Shown piece by piece: positions 36,544-46,350 of a stretch of DNA of 64,000 nucleotides. The stretch comes from an uncultured Clostridia bacterium. Its GTDB lineage: Bacteria; Bacillota; Clostridia; Christensenellales; Borkfalkiaceae. The translations under genes were made by a program, and so were the position numbers. Numbering within the stretch: position 1 is the stretch's first letter; each line of letters begins with the position of its first letter. Where the stretch lies: the NCBI GenBank assembly GCA_947626685.1, contig CANQTD010000001.1, positions 34,393 through 98,392 on the forward strand, read 5' to 3'. The notes beneath the pieces are model-generated. The model was not told the DNA's origin. It did not search any database and saw only the letters and a list, made by a program, of their open reading frames with translations.

Positions 36544-37875
36544 TTATCTCTTCTTGTTCCCGAGAAGTTTGCGCACGAAGGGAGGAAGTTTGTCGTCGTC
36601 ATCTTCGTCCGCGTCTGCGGAAGGCTGTGCGGGCGCCCTTCCCCGAAGGTCGCGGTCGGCCTGCGGATAGCCCTGCTGCGGCTGCGCATAGGGATCGGCC
36701 TGCGGAGCCTGCGGCTGGGGCTGCCCCTGCTGGCGCACGGGATGTCCGTAGAGAACGTCCTGCGCTTCCCGCGGTTCGATGGGGCGGGAAGGCTGCGGCG
36801 GAACGGGTCTCTGCGGCTGCTGCGCCTCGGCGCGCGGCTGGGGGAACACGTCCTTCGTGGGGAATCCCGTCGCGATCACGGTCACTTCGACTTCGTCTTT
36901 GATCTCGGGATCGATGCACGCGCCGTCGATGATGAGCGCGTTGAAATCGACGACGCCGTGGATGAGCTCCATTGCGTGTCCCACTTCGTCGAGCGTGAGG
37001 TCGGGGCCGCCGACCACGTTGACGATGACCCCCTTCGCACCCTCGATCGTCGTTTCGAGCAAGGGGCTGTTGACGGCGAGTTTGACCGCTTCGACGATGC
37101 GGTTCTCCCCTTTTGCGACGCCTACGCCCATGTGGGCGAGCCCCTTCTTTTCAAGGACGGTGCGGACGTCGGCAAAGTCGCAGTTGATGAGACCGGGCGT
37201 CACGATGAGGTCTGCGATGCCGCGGATGCCCTGTCTGAGCACGTCGTCTGCGATGGCGAACGCCTCGTTGACGGTCGCGCTCCTGTCCACGACCTCGCGG
37301 ATCTTCTCGTTGGGAATGATGACGAGGGTATCGACGTATTTTCTCAGATTCTCGATGCCCTTGATCGCGTTCTCCATCTTGCGCCTGCCCTCGAATGCGA
37401 AGGGCTTGGTGACGACCGCAACGGTGAGGATATGCTTGTCCTGCGCGATCTTGGCGATGACGGGAGCGGCTCCCGTGCCCGTACCGCCGCCCATTCCTGC
37501 GGTGATGAAGAGCAGATCCGTCCCGTCGATGGCACGGGCGAGCTGGTCTTTGCTCTCCTCGGCGGCTTCGCGGCCCACTTCGGGCTCCGCGCCCGCGCCG
37601 AGACCGCGCGTGCGCTTCACGCCGATCTGGATCTTCGTGGGCGCCTTATTGCAGAGAAGCACCTGCGCGTCCGTGTTGACGGAGATGTACTCCGCGCTCA
37701 CGATCTTCGCTTCGATCATGCGGTTGACCGCATTGTTGCCCGCGCCGCCGACGCCCATGACGCGGATCTTCGGGATCCCGTTGGAGACGATATCCTGATA
37801 CGCGTTGCGGGGCTGCGCGTCCTGTCTTTCTCTTCCATCCCCTGCGGGGAAATACTGATCTTCGTTGTAACTCAT
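36544..37875 (-). CDS. ftsZ: cell division GTPase FtsZ
   Basis: It has IRVMGVGGAGNNAVNRM and the tubulin signature GMGGGTGTGAAP. The C-terminal linker is Pro/Gln-rich and ends DDDDKLPPFVRKLL. Confidence 0.97.
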   Translation of the reverse strand: MSYNEDQYFPAGDGRERQDAQPRNAYQDIVSNGIPKIRVMGVGGAGNNAVNRMIEAKIVSAEYISVNTDAQVLLCNKAPTKIQIGVKRTRGLGAGAEPEVGREAAEESKDQLARAIDGTDLLFITAGMGGGTGTGAAPVIAKIAQDKHILTVAVVTKPFAFEGRRKMENAIKGIENLRKYVDTLVIIPNEKIREVVDRSATVNEAFAIADDVLRQGIRGIADLIVTPGLINCDFADVRTVLEKKGLAHMGVGVAKGENRIVEAVKLAVNSPLLETTIEGAKGVIVNVVGGPDLTLDEVGHAMELIHGVVDFNALIIDGACIDPEIKDEVEVTVIATGFPTKDVFPQPRAEAQQPQRPVPPQPSRPIEPREAQDVLYGHPVRQQGQPQPQAPQADPYAQPQQGYPQADRDLRGRAPAQPSADADEDDDDKLPPFVRKLLGNKKR

Positions 37876-37880
37876 GTTCT

Positions 37881-39029
37881 TTAACCTCCGAATGTCTTGA
37901 AAAGTCTGCGGAAAAATCCGCGCTTACGGTGATCGTCGTATGCCATTGCGACGAGCGAAATGCGCGAGCTCATCGCGGGTTTGTTGTAGTAGGGAAGGTC
38001 GGGAACGAGCAGTTCGCACACCCTGCTCACCCTCTTGGAAATGTGTTCGAGCGCGCCGCGGATCTCCGTGATCCCCTCCCCCGTGACGTAGAGCGGCTTG
38101 AAGTCGAGCTCGCGGCCCGAACAGTCGTCGAGGAAGCCCGCGATCGCCTCGCAGATCTCGTCGAGCCCGTCCTTTACCACGGAAGCGAGTTCGGCGGGAT
38201 CGATCTCATACGATTTGCCGCGGAACAAAAACTCCGTCTTGCCTCCCCCCTTGCTGTACAGGTTTGCCTTCTGCAAAAGGGCGAGCGCAACGTCGTAGGG
38301 AAGGCCGAACGCCTTCATCACGCGGAAGGCGATCTGCCCCTTGCCGACCCAGCTCGTCTGTTCTTTGAGCGTTCCCCCGCCCACGGCGACGGAGATCGTC
38401 GAGGAGAGGAAGCCCGTGTCGAGAAGGATCGCGTACTCGTCGCGCGTCTCGTCGGGAATGAGATAGGTCGCCATAGCGAGCTCGGCGGGAAGATAGCAAA
38501 GCTCGATCTTCATCTTCTTGAAAATGCGTTCGAGCGTCTCGCAGAAATAGTTTTTGCAATAGTAGTAGGCGAGCAGCCCGTAGAGCGACGTCGTGGAGAT
38601 GCCGACGGGATCCACCGTGCGGCGGTTGTCCCCCGTGACGTAGATCATGCTCGTGTTGCGGATCAGGCGGTAGCCCTCGAGTTCTTCCTTCCCGCTCTCG
38701 AAGAGCGCGTCCGTATCCCGTTCGGTGATCTTGCGCTTTTTGGAGTAACCCGCGTTCCGCTCCTTCGGAACAACGCGCGTAAATTCCCCCGGGACGCCGA
38801 CGTAGAGCGTACGGATGCGCTCGTTCATCGCCTTTTCCACCTCGGTGACGGCGCGGACGATCGCCTCGGAGAGATTTGCGGTATCGTAGAACGCGCCCTG
38901 TTCGTATCCCGTATAGGGCTCGGTGTGGCTCGCATTGAAAACGAACGTATTATTGACTCCGCGCGCCCCGACGATCACGGTGATCTCGGACGAACGGATA
39001 TCGAGGACCGCTACGCTGCTCTGCCCCAT
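37881..39029 (-). CDS. ftsA: FtsA-like actin-fold cell division protein
   Basis: Internal ATG (MGQSSVAVLDIRSSEI) with RBS GGAGAA. It lies immediately upstream of ftsZ. The C-terminal amphipathic helix RGFFRRLFKTFGG is present. The sequence is divergent. Confidence 0.75.
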   Translation of the reverse strand: MGQSSVAVLDIRSSEITVIVGARGVNNTFVFNASHTEPYTGYEQGAFYDTANLSEAIVRAVTEVEKAMNERIRTLYVGVPGEFTRVVPKERNAGYSKKRKITERDTDALFESGKEELEGYRLIRNTSMIYVTGDNRRTVDPVGISTTSLYGLLAYYYCKNYFCETLERIFKKMKIELCYLPAELAMATYLIPDETRDEYAILLDTGFLSSTISVAVGGGTLKEQTSWVGKGQIAFRVMKAFGLPYDVALALLQKANLYSKGGGKTEFLFRGKSYEIDPAELASVVKDGLDEICEAIAGFLDDCSGRELDFKPLYVTGEGITEIRGALEHISKRVSRVCELLVPDLPYYNKPAMSSRISLVAMAYDDHRKRGFFRRLFKTFGG

Positions 39030-39194
39030 TGTGCTTCTCCCGTAAGACGCGGGACCGTGCCCCGCGATTTCGCGCGTTGCGCGCGATTCTACATTAGTAT
39101 ACCAAAACGCGGCACCCATGTCAAGGGAATCGAAAAATATTTTTAGCGCAGAACGGCAAAAAAGCGTCCCGCGGGACGCTTTTTTCAATCATTT

Positions 39195-39980
39195 TCAGAT
39201 AAGTCCGCTGTTGCGGGAATAGTCGGAGAGCAATTCTCCCGTCGCGGCGTTGTCCATGACGGTGATAAATCCGAAGGTGCGCGCCTCGTCCCCGAGCTTT
39301 TGGTAGACGTCGAGAGCGAGCGCCGCTTTCCCGTCCGCGCTGACGGAGGGATTGGCGATGTCGATGATCACGCCCTCGCGCATGCGGATGCGGAAGAAGT
39401 CGCTCCTCTTGTTGGAGACGGGCCTGACGAGCCCGACGGAGAGGACGTTCGCGCGGATCTCCGTGAGCGCGCCGCGGAACACGTCCGAGACGGCAAGGAG
39501 CTCCGAAAAATACTCTCCCTCCATCTTTCCGTTGACGGGAGAAAGCGCGAATCCCTCGAGGAGAATGTTCTCGCCGTCCGCGCGGTTGGCGTTCTCCGCA
39601 CTGTCATAGAGATACCGTCCCTCTTCGTCGATGATGGCGTACCCCCCATCGCCGTACGGGAGAGCGAACGTCTCCCTGCGCTCGGCGACTTCGAGCCTGA
39701 CCGTCGTCGGGTACTGCTTTTTGATGGACACGAGGCGGAAACAGGGATAGGATTCCACCGTCTCCTTCACGTCGCCGAGATCGAGGAAAGCGGAACTCTT
39801 GCCGACGAAGGCGTCGAGCTTTTCCCTTAGCTCCGCCGCTTCCTCTCTTCCCGCCTCCGAATACGTCGTAAATTCGGCGCGGACGTGCGTGACCGTGAAG
39901 ATCGCGTTGAGGCCCGCCGCAACGGACGCGGCGAACAAAACAAAGGCGACGATCGTTGTGATGATGACTCTCTTCTTCAT
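39195..39980 (-). CDS. ftsQ: FtsQ/DivIB-type cell division protein
   Basis: Internal ATG (MKKRVIITTIVAFVLFAASVAAGL) with RBS GGAGA. It has a single N-terminal TM segment followed by an extracytoplasmic domain, and occupies the canonical position before ftsA. Confidence 0.7.
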   Translation of the reverse strand: MKKRVIITTIVAFVLFAASVAAGLNAIFTVTHVRAEFTTYSEAGREEAAELREKLDAFVGKSSAFLDLGDVKETVESYPCFRLVSIKKQYPTTVRLEVAERRETFALPYGDGGYAIIDEEGRYLYDSAENANRADGENILLEGFALSPVNGKMEGEYFSELLAVSDVFRGALTEIRANVLSVGLVRPVSNKRSDFFRIRMREGVIIDIANPSVSADGKAALALDVYQKLGDEARTFGFITVMDNAATGELLSDYSRNSGLI

Positions 39981-40005
39981 CTGTATCTCCGTATTTTGCG
40001 GACGG

Positions 40006-41262
40006 CTATACGCGCACCCGCCTGATACTCGCCCCGAGCTTCGTGAATTTTTCTTCGAGACCCGCATACCCTCTGTCCACATGGGAGAGATCGAGGACTT
40101 CGCTCCTGCCCTCGGCGCCGAGCGCGGCAAGGACGAGCGCGGCCCCGCCGCGGAGATCGCGGCAGACGACGCTTGCGCCGTGCAGACGCTTCACCCCCCG
40201 CACGAAGGCGCTTCTGCCCCGCACTTCGATGTCCGCTCCCATCTTGAGGAGCTCGGGCACATACTTATAGCGCGTTTCGAAGAGATTCTCCACGATGAGC
40301 GCGCCGCCCTCCGCGCCCGCGTTGAGCGCGGTGATCTGCGCCTGCAGGTCGGTGGGGAACCCGGGGAAGGGCATGGTCTCGATGCGGCGGTTGCATTTGA
40401 GCGCCGCATTGCTCGATATTCTTATTTTATCATTTTTTGTATGGATTTTGCAACCGTTTTCGCGCAATTTATGTAAAAGTAATGCAAGCATCTCCGCTTT
40501 GACGCCGACGACCTCGATCTCGCCGCCGCAAATGGCGCATGCGATGAGGTAACTGCCCGCCTCGATGCGGTCTTTGACGGGCGTAAAACAGACGCCGCCC
40601 AACTTTTTCACCCCTTCGATCTCGATGACGTCCGTGCCCGCGCCCTTCACGTTCGCCCCCATCGCGTTGAGGAAATTTTGCAGATCGACGATCTCGGGCT
40701 CCTTTGCCGCCCCGCCGATCACCGTTCTCCCCTCCGCCTTGACGGCGGCGAGCAAGATATTCTCCGTCGCGCCCACGCTCGGGAAGTCGAGGACGATCTC
40801 CGCCCCCTTCAAGCGTTCGCAGGAACAATAGATACAGCCGTCCCGCTCCTCGATGGAAACGCCCAATCTTTTGAGGGCGTTAAGGTGCAGATCGATCGGC
40901 CTGAGCCCGATATCGCATCCGCCCGGATAGGCGCACACGGCGCGTCCGAAGCGGCTGAGCAGAGAGCCGAGCATAAAGACGGAAGAGCGGAGTTCTCTCG
41001 TGAGCACGGAGGCGATGCTGTGGCTGTGCGCGTCCGCGCTGTCGATGACGACGGAACCGCCTCGGAACGTCACTTTCGCGCCGAGCTCTTTGAGGATCTG
41101 CGCCATACATGCGACGTCGGAGATCTGCGGCACGGAGCGGATCGTGACGGGAGCGTCCGTCAGCACAGAGGCGGCGAGCAACGGCAGAACGGAATTCTTC
41201 GCGGATTCCGCGGCGACGGTCCCGTAGAGCGGCTTTCCGCCCTCTATCAAAAATTTATCCAT
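40006..41262 (-). CDS. murA: UDP-N-acetylglucosamine 1-carboxyvinyltransferase
   Basis: It has MDKFLIEGGKPLYGTV...AKNSVLPLLAA and the active-site loop YPGGCDIGLRPIDLH. Confidence 0.95.
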   Translation of the reverse strand: MDKFLIEGGKPLYGTVAAESAKNSVLPLLAASVLTDAPVTIRSVPQISDVACMAQILKELGAKVTFRGGSVVIDSADAHSHSIASVLTRELRSSVFMLGSLLSRFGRAVCAYPGGCDIGLRPIDLHLNALKRLGVSIEERDGCIYCSCERLKGAEIVLDFPSVGATENILLAAVKAEGRTVIGGAAKEPEIVDLQNFLNAMGANVKGAGTDVIEIEGVKKLGGVCFTPVKDRIEAGSYLIACAICGGEIEVVGVKAEMLALLLHKLRENGCKIHTKNDKIRISSNAALKCNRRIETMPFPGFPTDLQAQITALNAGAEGGALIVENLFETRYKYVPELLKMGADIEVRGRSAFVRGVKRLHGASVVCRDLRGGAALVLAALGAEGRSEVLDLSHVDRGYAGLEEKFTKLGASIRRVRV

Positions 41263-41381
41263 AGGATTCTCCTCTCGTAATTCGCAAAAAGCGGCAAAGC
41301 CCGAGAGTCCGGGCCTGCGCTTTCGCTGCTTTGCAGTCGCCGCGCTGTTGCGGGAAAAACCGCAGCGGGTATGCGACTCCT

Positions 41382-42566
41382 CTATATCCTATGAACTTTT
41401 TTGCCGCCGTTGTGCCTTGACACCGCATAGACGAGGCCCATCCCCGCCATCGTGACGACGAGGGAGGTGTTCCCCGCGGAAACGAGAGGAAGGGGAAGCC
41501 CCGTCGGGGGGATGCACCCGCTCACGACGAGCGCGTTGAGCGCGGATTGCACCGCGAATACGAGCGTGATGCCCGAGACGAGCATGTAGCCGTAAAAGTT
41601 GTCGCACGCATTGGCGATGCGGAACCCCCTCCACACGATGAACCCGATGAGGAGAAAGAGGATGAGCACGCCGAAAAAGCCCGTTTCCTCCGCAATGACC
41701 GAGAGGATGAAGTCGCTCTCCGCAAACGGGAGAAAGCGGTATTTCTGTCTCGAACGGAAGAGCCCCGTACCGAAGAACTTTCCGTTCGCGAGCGCGTAAA
41801 GCGATTGGATGAGCTGGTACCCCTCCTCTTTCGGCGACGCCCACGGGTCCATGAACGCCGAGAGGCGTTGCAGGCGGTAAGGCTCCATGACGATGAGCAC
41901 GGGCACGAGGAAGAGCACGGGCACGCAGATGCAGGCGAGGGCCTTCTTCGAGACCCCTCCCAAAAAGATCATGCCGATCATGACGGCCCCCACGCACATC
42001 GTGACCGACATGTTCGGTTCGAGCATGATGAGCACGCAGACCGCGCCGCCCGCAGCGAGCACGGGGAGCACGCCCATGAACGTGCGCATACGGGCGGGAT
42101 CCTTCGCGAAATACCATGCCGTGAACAGGACGAAGCCGTATTTTGCGATCTCGGAGGGCTGGACGGTGAACCCGCCGAACCCGATCCAGCGCGTCGCGCC
42201 GTAGTTTTTCTTCCCGAGACCGGGCACGAACACGAGGGCGAGCAAAACGAGGGAGAGAATGAGCGCGGGAACGCCGAGCTTTTGCAGCTTTTTGTAATCG
42301 AGGAAGGCGATCCCCGCGATCGCCGCGAGACCGATGAAGAAGCCTATGAGCTGTTTCTTGAAAAAGAAGAGCGGGTCGCCGTATTGCACTTCGGCGTTGT
42401 AGGAGCTCGCAGAGTACACCGCGACGAGGCCGAACGCCGCGAGCAGGAGGACGGCAAAGAGGAACAGGAGGTCTCCCGTCCCCTTTTTTCCGTCCTCCCT
42501 CTCTCCCCTCTTCTCTTTTTTGCCGCGGAAGAGGGCGTTGAGGCTATTCTGTCCCGTCAAAGCCAT
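41382..42566 (-). CDS. ftsW: SEDS-family protein (FtsW/SpoVE type)
   Basis: It is polytopic, with SEDS motifs (QPSEIAKY, GLFRSRQKYRFLPFAESDFI, GGLPLPLVS-like). The start is uncertain: the ATG at 42566 was chosen, and the ORF extends to 42611 overlapping murD. Confidence 0.85.
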   Translation of the reverse strand: MALTGQNSLNALFRGKKEKRGEREDGKKGTGDLLFLFAVLLLAAFGLVAVYSASSYNAEVQYGDPLFFFKKQLIGFFIGLAAIAGIAFLDYKKLQKLGVPALILSLVLLALVFVPGLGKKNYGATRWIGFGGFTVQPSEIAKYGFVLFTAWYFAKDPARMRTFMGVLPVLAAGGAVCVLIMLEPNMSVTMCVGAVMIGMIFLGGVSKKALACICVPVLFLVPVLIVMEPYRLQRLSAFMDPWASPKEEGYQLIQSLYALANGKFFGTGLFRSRQKYRFLPFAESDFILSVIAEETGFFGVLILFLLIGFIVWRGFRIANACDNFYGYMLVSGITLVFAVQSALNALVVSGCIPPTGLPLPLVSAGNTSLVVTMAGMGLVYAVSRHNGGKKVHRI

Positions 42567-43959
42567 CCTCCGCAAGTTCGGGCGCGGCCTCGGCGGGTTT
42601 TGCGGGCGCATATTCCGCGCGCAGAAGCTCGAGAAGTTCCGCGAACCGTTCCCCCCGCTCCTCGAAACTGCGGAAGGCGTCGAAGCTCGCCGACGCGGGC
42701 GAGAGCAGAACGTTTTGCCCGCTCTTCGCCGTCAGATAGGCGACGCGCACCGCCATATCGAAGGGACGGCACAGGGAGACGGAGGTATACCCCCGTTTGA
42801 GCGCGGCGCTGAGTATGCGGAAGGCGTTTTCGCCGTAGATCACGGCGTGGACGACGTTCGAGCCCTTCATTTCGTCGAACAGAGGTTCGTAGGAATACCC
42901 CTTATCCTTGCCGCCGAGGAGAATGACGCTCTCCCCCTTCACGCTCCCGATCGCCTTGACCGCGGAATCCACGTTCGTGGCTTTGGAGTCGTCGATGAAG
43001 GTGACGCCGTTGAGTTCGCCGATCGTCTGGAGACGGTGGCGCACGCCGCGGAAATTTTTCAGCGCCTCCGAAATGGACGCGTTGTCCGCGCCGAACAGTT
43101 TTGCCGCGCAGATCGCCGCGAGCGCGTTCATGCGGTTGTGGTCGCCGCCGAGCGGGAGCTCTTCCTCCGAACACACTTTTTCGCCCTTATAGCAGAACCA
43201 GCCGTCGGCGAGGTATCCGCCCGCCACCCTCTCCCTGAGGGAGAACCAGACGACGTTCGCCTTCGTCTTTTCCGCAAACGAACGCACGGTGGGATCGTCA
43301 TAATTGAGCACGGCGTATTCGCTCTCCGTGCAGTTTTTCAGGATGCGCGATTTGAGATAGATGTAGTTTTCAAGAGTGTAATGCCGGTTAAGATGGTCCT
43401 CGGTGACGTTCAGGACGACGGCGACGTGCGGCCGCAGGGAGACGAGCGTTTCGAGCTGGAAGGAGGAGATCTCCGCAACGGCGATCCCGTCCTCGCCGAG
43501 CTCGTCGAGACAGGTCGTGAGCGGCCGTCCCACGTTCCCGCAGGCGATCGCGTTTTTCCCCGCCTGTTTGAGGATGCTCTCGAGCATCGTGACCGTCGTC
43601 GTCTTGCCGTTCGTCCCCGTAACGGCGACGACGGGACAGCGCAGGGCGAGCGCGGCGATCTCCGTCTCTCCGAGGACGCGCTTTCCCGCCCGTTTGAAGG
43701 AGACGGGAAGCGGGTGGTCGATGGGAATGCCCGGGCTCAAAACCAATACGTCGCACTTTTCCGTCTTTTCGTCGAGCTCGTTCTTCGCGACGGGGATGCA
43801 GCCGAGCTCTTTGAGCCGCGCCTGCGCGCTGCGCACGTTTTCGTCGTCGACGTCGTCATAGAGATAGACTGCCGCGCCCTTGCCGCGCAGATACTCCGCG
43901 CTCGCGATCCCCGAACGGGAGAGCCCCGCCACGAGAAAGGTCTGTCTTTCAAATAACAT
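42544..43959 (-). CDS. murD: UDP-N-acetylmuramoyl-L-alanine--D-glutamate ligase
   Basis: Internal ATG (MLFERQTFLVAGLSRSGIA) with RBS AAGGAG. It has the P-loop VTGTNGKTTT. Confidence 0.92.
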   Translation of the reverse strand: MLFERQTFLVAGLSRSGIASAEYLRGKGAAVYLYDDVDDENVRSAQARLKELGCIPVAKNELDEKTEKCDVLVLSPGIPIDHPLPVSFKRAGKRVLGETEIAALALRCPVVAVTGTNGKTTTVTMLESILKQAGKNAIACGNVGRPLTTCLDELGEDGIAVAEISSFQLETLVSLRPHVAVVLNVTEDHLNRHYTLENYIYLKSRILKNCTESEYAVLNYDDPTVRSFAEKTKANVVWFSLRERVAGGYLADGWFCYKGEKVCSEEELPLGGDHNRMNALAAICAAKLFGADNASISEALKNFRGVRHRLQTIGELNGVTFIDDSKATNVDSAVKAIGSVKGESVILLGGKDKGYSYEPLFDEMKGSNVVHAVIYGENAFRILSAALKRGYTSVSLCRPFDMAVRVAYLTAKSGQNVLLSPASASFDAFRSFEERGERFAELLELLRAEYAPAKPAEAAPELAEDGFDGTE

Positions 43960-43969
43960 TCCACACTCC

Positions 43970-44920
43970 TTATAGGACAAACGGGAGCAGCAGGGTCGCT
44001 CCCGCCACCGCCGTCAGAACGGCATAGACGTAGGAGATCTTTCCCTCCGAATAGCCTTTCTTTTGGAAATGGTGGTGGATGGGAGCCATCATAAAGATCC
44101 GTTTGCCCGTTTTTTTATAGTATATTACTTGAAGAATGACGGATATGCTTGAAAGTACAAACGCGCCGCCCGCGATCGGGATCGCGAGCGCGTTGCCGGA
44201 GAACAGCGCGATGCTCGCGGCGAACCCGCCGAGCGAGAGAGAGCCCGTGTCCCCCATGAATACGGAGGCGCGGTTGGTGTTGAAGATGAGATACCCCGCG
44301 AGCGCGCCCGCCAGCGCAAAACAGAGCGCGGTGACGGCTCCCCCTCCCTGCATCGCGATGAGGAGCCCGAGAAACAGGAAAAAGACGGCGGAGACCGAGC
44401 CCGCAAGCCCGTCCAATCCGTCGGTGAGGTTCACGCCGTTCACCGTGGCGATGAATACGAACACGCCGAGCGGAAGCATCCACCAGCCGATGTCGAACGT
44501 GAGTTTCGTGTAGGGGACCGTGAGCGTCGTGAGCCCTTCCAAACAGCAGTAGACGCTCGCGATCGCCGCGACCGCAAATTGGAAAATGATCTTCTGGTAA
44601 GGCCGCAGCCCGAGATTGCTCCCGCGGATCTTTTTGAGGAGATCGTCCAAAAAGCCGACGAGAAGATACCCGAGCCCGACGGAGAGCGCGACGTAGAAGG
44701 GCTTGTCCCGCGGGCCCGAAAAGAGCAGGGCGGCTGCGCAGGCGGCGGGGATGAACGCAAGTCCCCCCATCGTCGGCGTGCCGTTCTTGCTCTCGTGCTC
44801 TTTGACGTAGGAGAGAATATTCTGCCCCGCCCCGAGCTTTTTGAGAAGGGGGATCGCAAGCGCGCAGAGCGGAACGGACAGGGCGAACGAGACGAGCAGG
44901 ATGAGGACGGCCGATTGCAT
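43970..44920 (-). CDS. mraY: phospho-N-acetylmuramoyl-pentapeptide transferase
   Basis: It has KNGTPTMGG, NLTDGLDGLA, GDTGSLSLGG and APIHHHF. Confidence 0.96.
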   Translation of the reverse strand: MQSAVLILLVSFALSVPLCALAIPLLKKLGAGQNILSYVKEHESKNGTPTMGGLAFIPAACAAALLFSGPRDKPFYVALSVGLGYLLVGFLDDLLKKIRGSNLGLRPYQKIIFQFAVAAIASVYCCLEGLTTLTVPYTKLTFDIGWWMLPLGVFVFIATVNGVNLTDGLDGLAGSVSAVFFLFLGLLIAMQGGGAVTALCFALAGALAGYLIFNTNRASVFMGDTGSLSLGGFAASIALFSGNALAIPIAGGAFVLSSISVILQVIYYKKTGKRIFMMAPIHHHFQKKGYSEGKISYVYAVLTAVAGATLLLPFVL

Positions 44921-46350
44921 CAGGGATTCTCCAACAGGGATTTTACGATAGTTTTATCGTTATAGGAGTACTTGATACCCATGATCTCCTGTTCCGTCTC
45001 CCCGCCCTTGCCCGCGATGAGCAGGACGTCCCCCTCCCCGAGAAGGCCGAGCGCATACTTCGTCGCCTCATCCCTGTCCTCGATGGCGACGTAATTTTGG
45101 GAGACTTTGGCGAATCCCTCCGCGATCTCCGAGATGATGGCGGCGGGGTCCTCGTAGCGGGGATTATCCGAGGTGATCACGGTAAAATCGGCGTGCCGTG
45201 CCGCCGCTTCCCCCATGAGCGGGCGCTTCTTCCGGTCGCGGTCCCCTCCGCAGCCGAAGAGGATCGTGAGCTTTCCCTTGCAGTGCGGTCTGACCGCTCC
45301 GAGAGCCTTGACGATCCCGTCCGGCGTATGGGCGAAATCGACAAAGACCTCGCCTCCGCGGTAGGTTGCGACGTGTTCGAGACGGCCGTCCACGCGCGTA
45401 TTCCCGAGCCCCTCCGCGATTGCCTCGCAGGAGACGCCGAGCTTGTGCGCCGCCGTCGCCGCGGCGAGCGCGTTGCCCACGTTGTAGCGGCCCGTCATGT
45501 TCAAGCGCACTTCCGCGAGCTCGTCCTCGAGATTGAGGAGCATGCGCGTGCCGTAAAGCGTCTCCTCTTCCACGATCGCGAAGCAGTCCGCGGGCGTTTC
45601 GATGCCGTACGTCGTGAACGGGATCTCCCCGAGTTCGCGCGAGAAGGGATCGTCCGCGTTGAGGATCCCCTCCCTGCAATGGCGGCGCGTGAAGAGCAGT
45701 TTCTTTGCCGCGCCGTATTTCTCCATATCCCCGAAAAAGTCGAGATGGTCCTGCGTCAGATTGGTGAAAACGCCGAGATCGAAGAGGATGGGCTCGGTCT
45801 TGCGGAGGGCGAGCGCGTGCGCCGAAACTTCCATGACGACATATTCCGTCCCCGCGTCCGCCATGTCGGAGAGCAGGGAAAAGAGCGCGACGGGATCGGG
45901 CGTGGTCAGCCCGGGCGAGACGAAGGTCTGCCCGTATCGCGCCCCCAGTGTGCCGATGCGTCCCGCAGGCCTTTTCGCCGCGGTGAAAATTTCGTAGAGC
46001 ATGTGGGTGACCGTCGTCTTGCCGTTGGTGCCCGTGACCCCGATGAGTTTGAGCCTGCGCTCGGGATGGCGGTAGAACGCCGCCGCGACGCGCGCCATGC
46101 CCTCCCGCGCGTCCGGGACGACCAGCTGCGGCAGGGAGACGCCCGCGTCCCGCTCGCATACGACTGCCGCCGCGCCCCTCTCCTCCGCTTCGGAGGCGAA
46201 CAGATGGGCGTCCGTGCGCGTCCCGGGGATACAGAAGAACAGATCTCCTTTGCCCGCGACGCGGCTGTCCGTACAGAGCGAGGAAAATTCGGCGTCCCCG
46301 CCGAGAAGTTTTGCTCCCTTGACTTCTTTTGCGAGCTCGGAAAGTTTCAT
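44920..46350 (-). CDS. murE: UDP-N-acetylmuramoyl-L-alanyl-D-glutamate--2,6-diaminopimelate ligase
   Basis: Internal ATG (MKLSELAKEV) with RBS AGGAGG. It has GVTGTNGKTT and the MurE motif TSDNPRYEDP. Confidence 0.9.
   Translation of the reverse strand: MKLSELAKEVKGAKLLGGDAEFSSLCTDSRVAGKGDLFFCIPGTRTDAHLFASEAEERGAAAVVCERDAGVSLPQLVVPDAREGMARVAAAFYRHPERRLKLIGVTGTNGKTTVTHMLYEIFTAAKRPAGRIGTLGARYGQTFVSPGLTTPDPVALFSLLSDMADAGTEYVVMEVSAHALALRKTEPILFDLGVFTNLTQDHLDFFGDMEKYGAAKKLLFTRRHCREGILNADDPFSRELGEIPFTTYGIETPADCFAIVEEETLYGTRMLLNLEDELAEVRLNMTGRYNVGNALAAATAAHKLGVSCEAIAEGLGNTRVDGRLEHVATYRGGEVFVDFAHTPDGIVKALGAVRPHCKGKLTILFGCGGDRDRKKRPLMGEAAARHADFTVITSDNPRYEDPAAIISEIAEGFAKVSQNYVAIEDRDEATKYALGLLGEGDVLLIAGKGGETEQEIMGIKYSYNDKTIVKSLLENP

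Noticed and set aside
41263-41381. Hairpins in the ftsW-murA gap (GCCCGagagtCGGGC; CGCTGttGCGGgaaaaaCCGCAGCG) as a possible internal dcw terminator.
   Set aside because: No T-run follows either stem on the minus strand. They may be an attenuator or processing site, but this cannot be supported from sequence alone.
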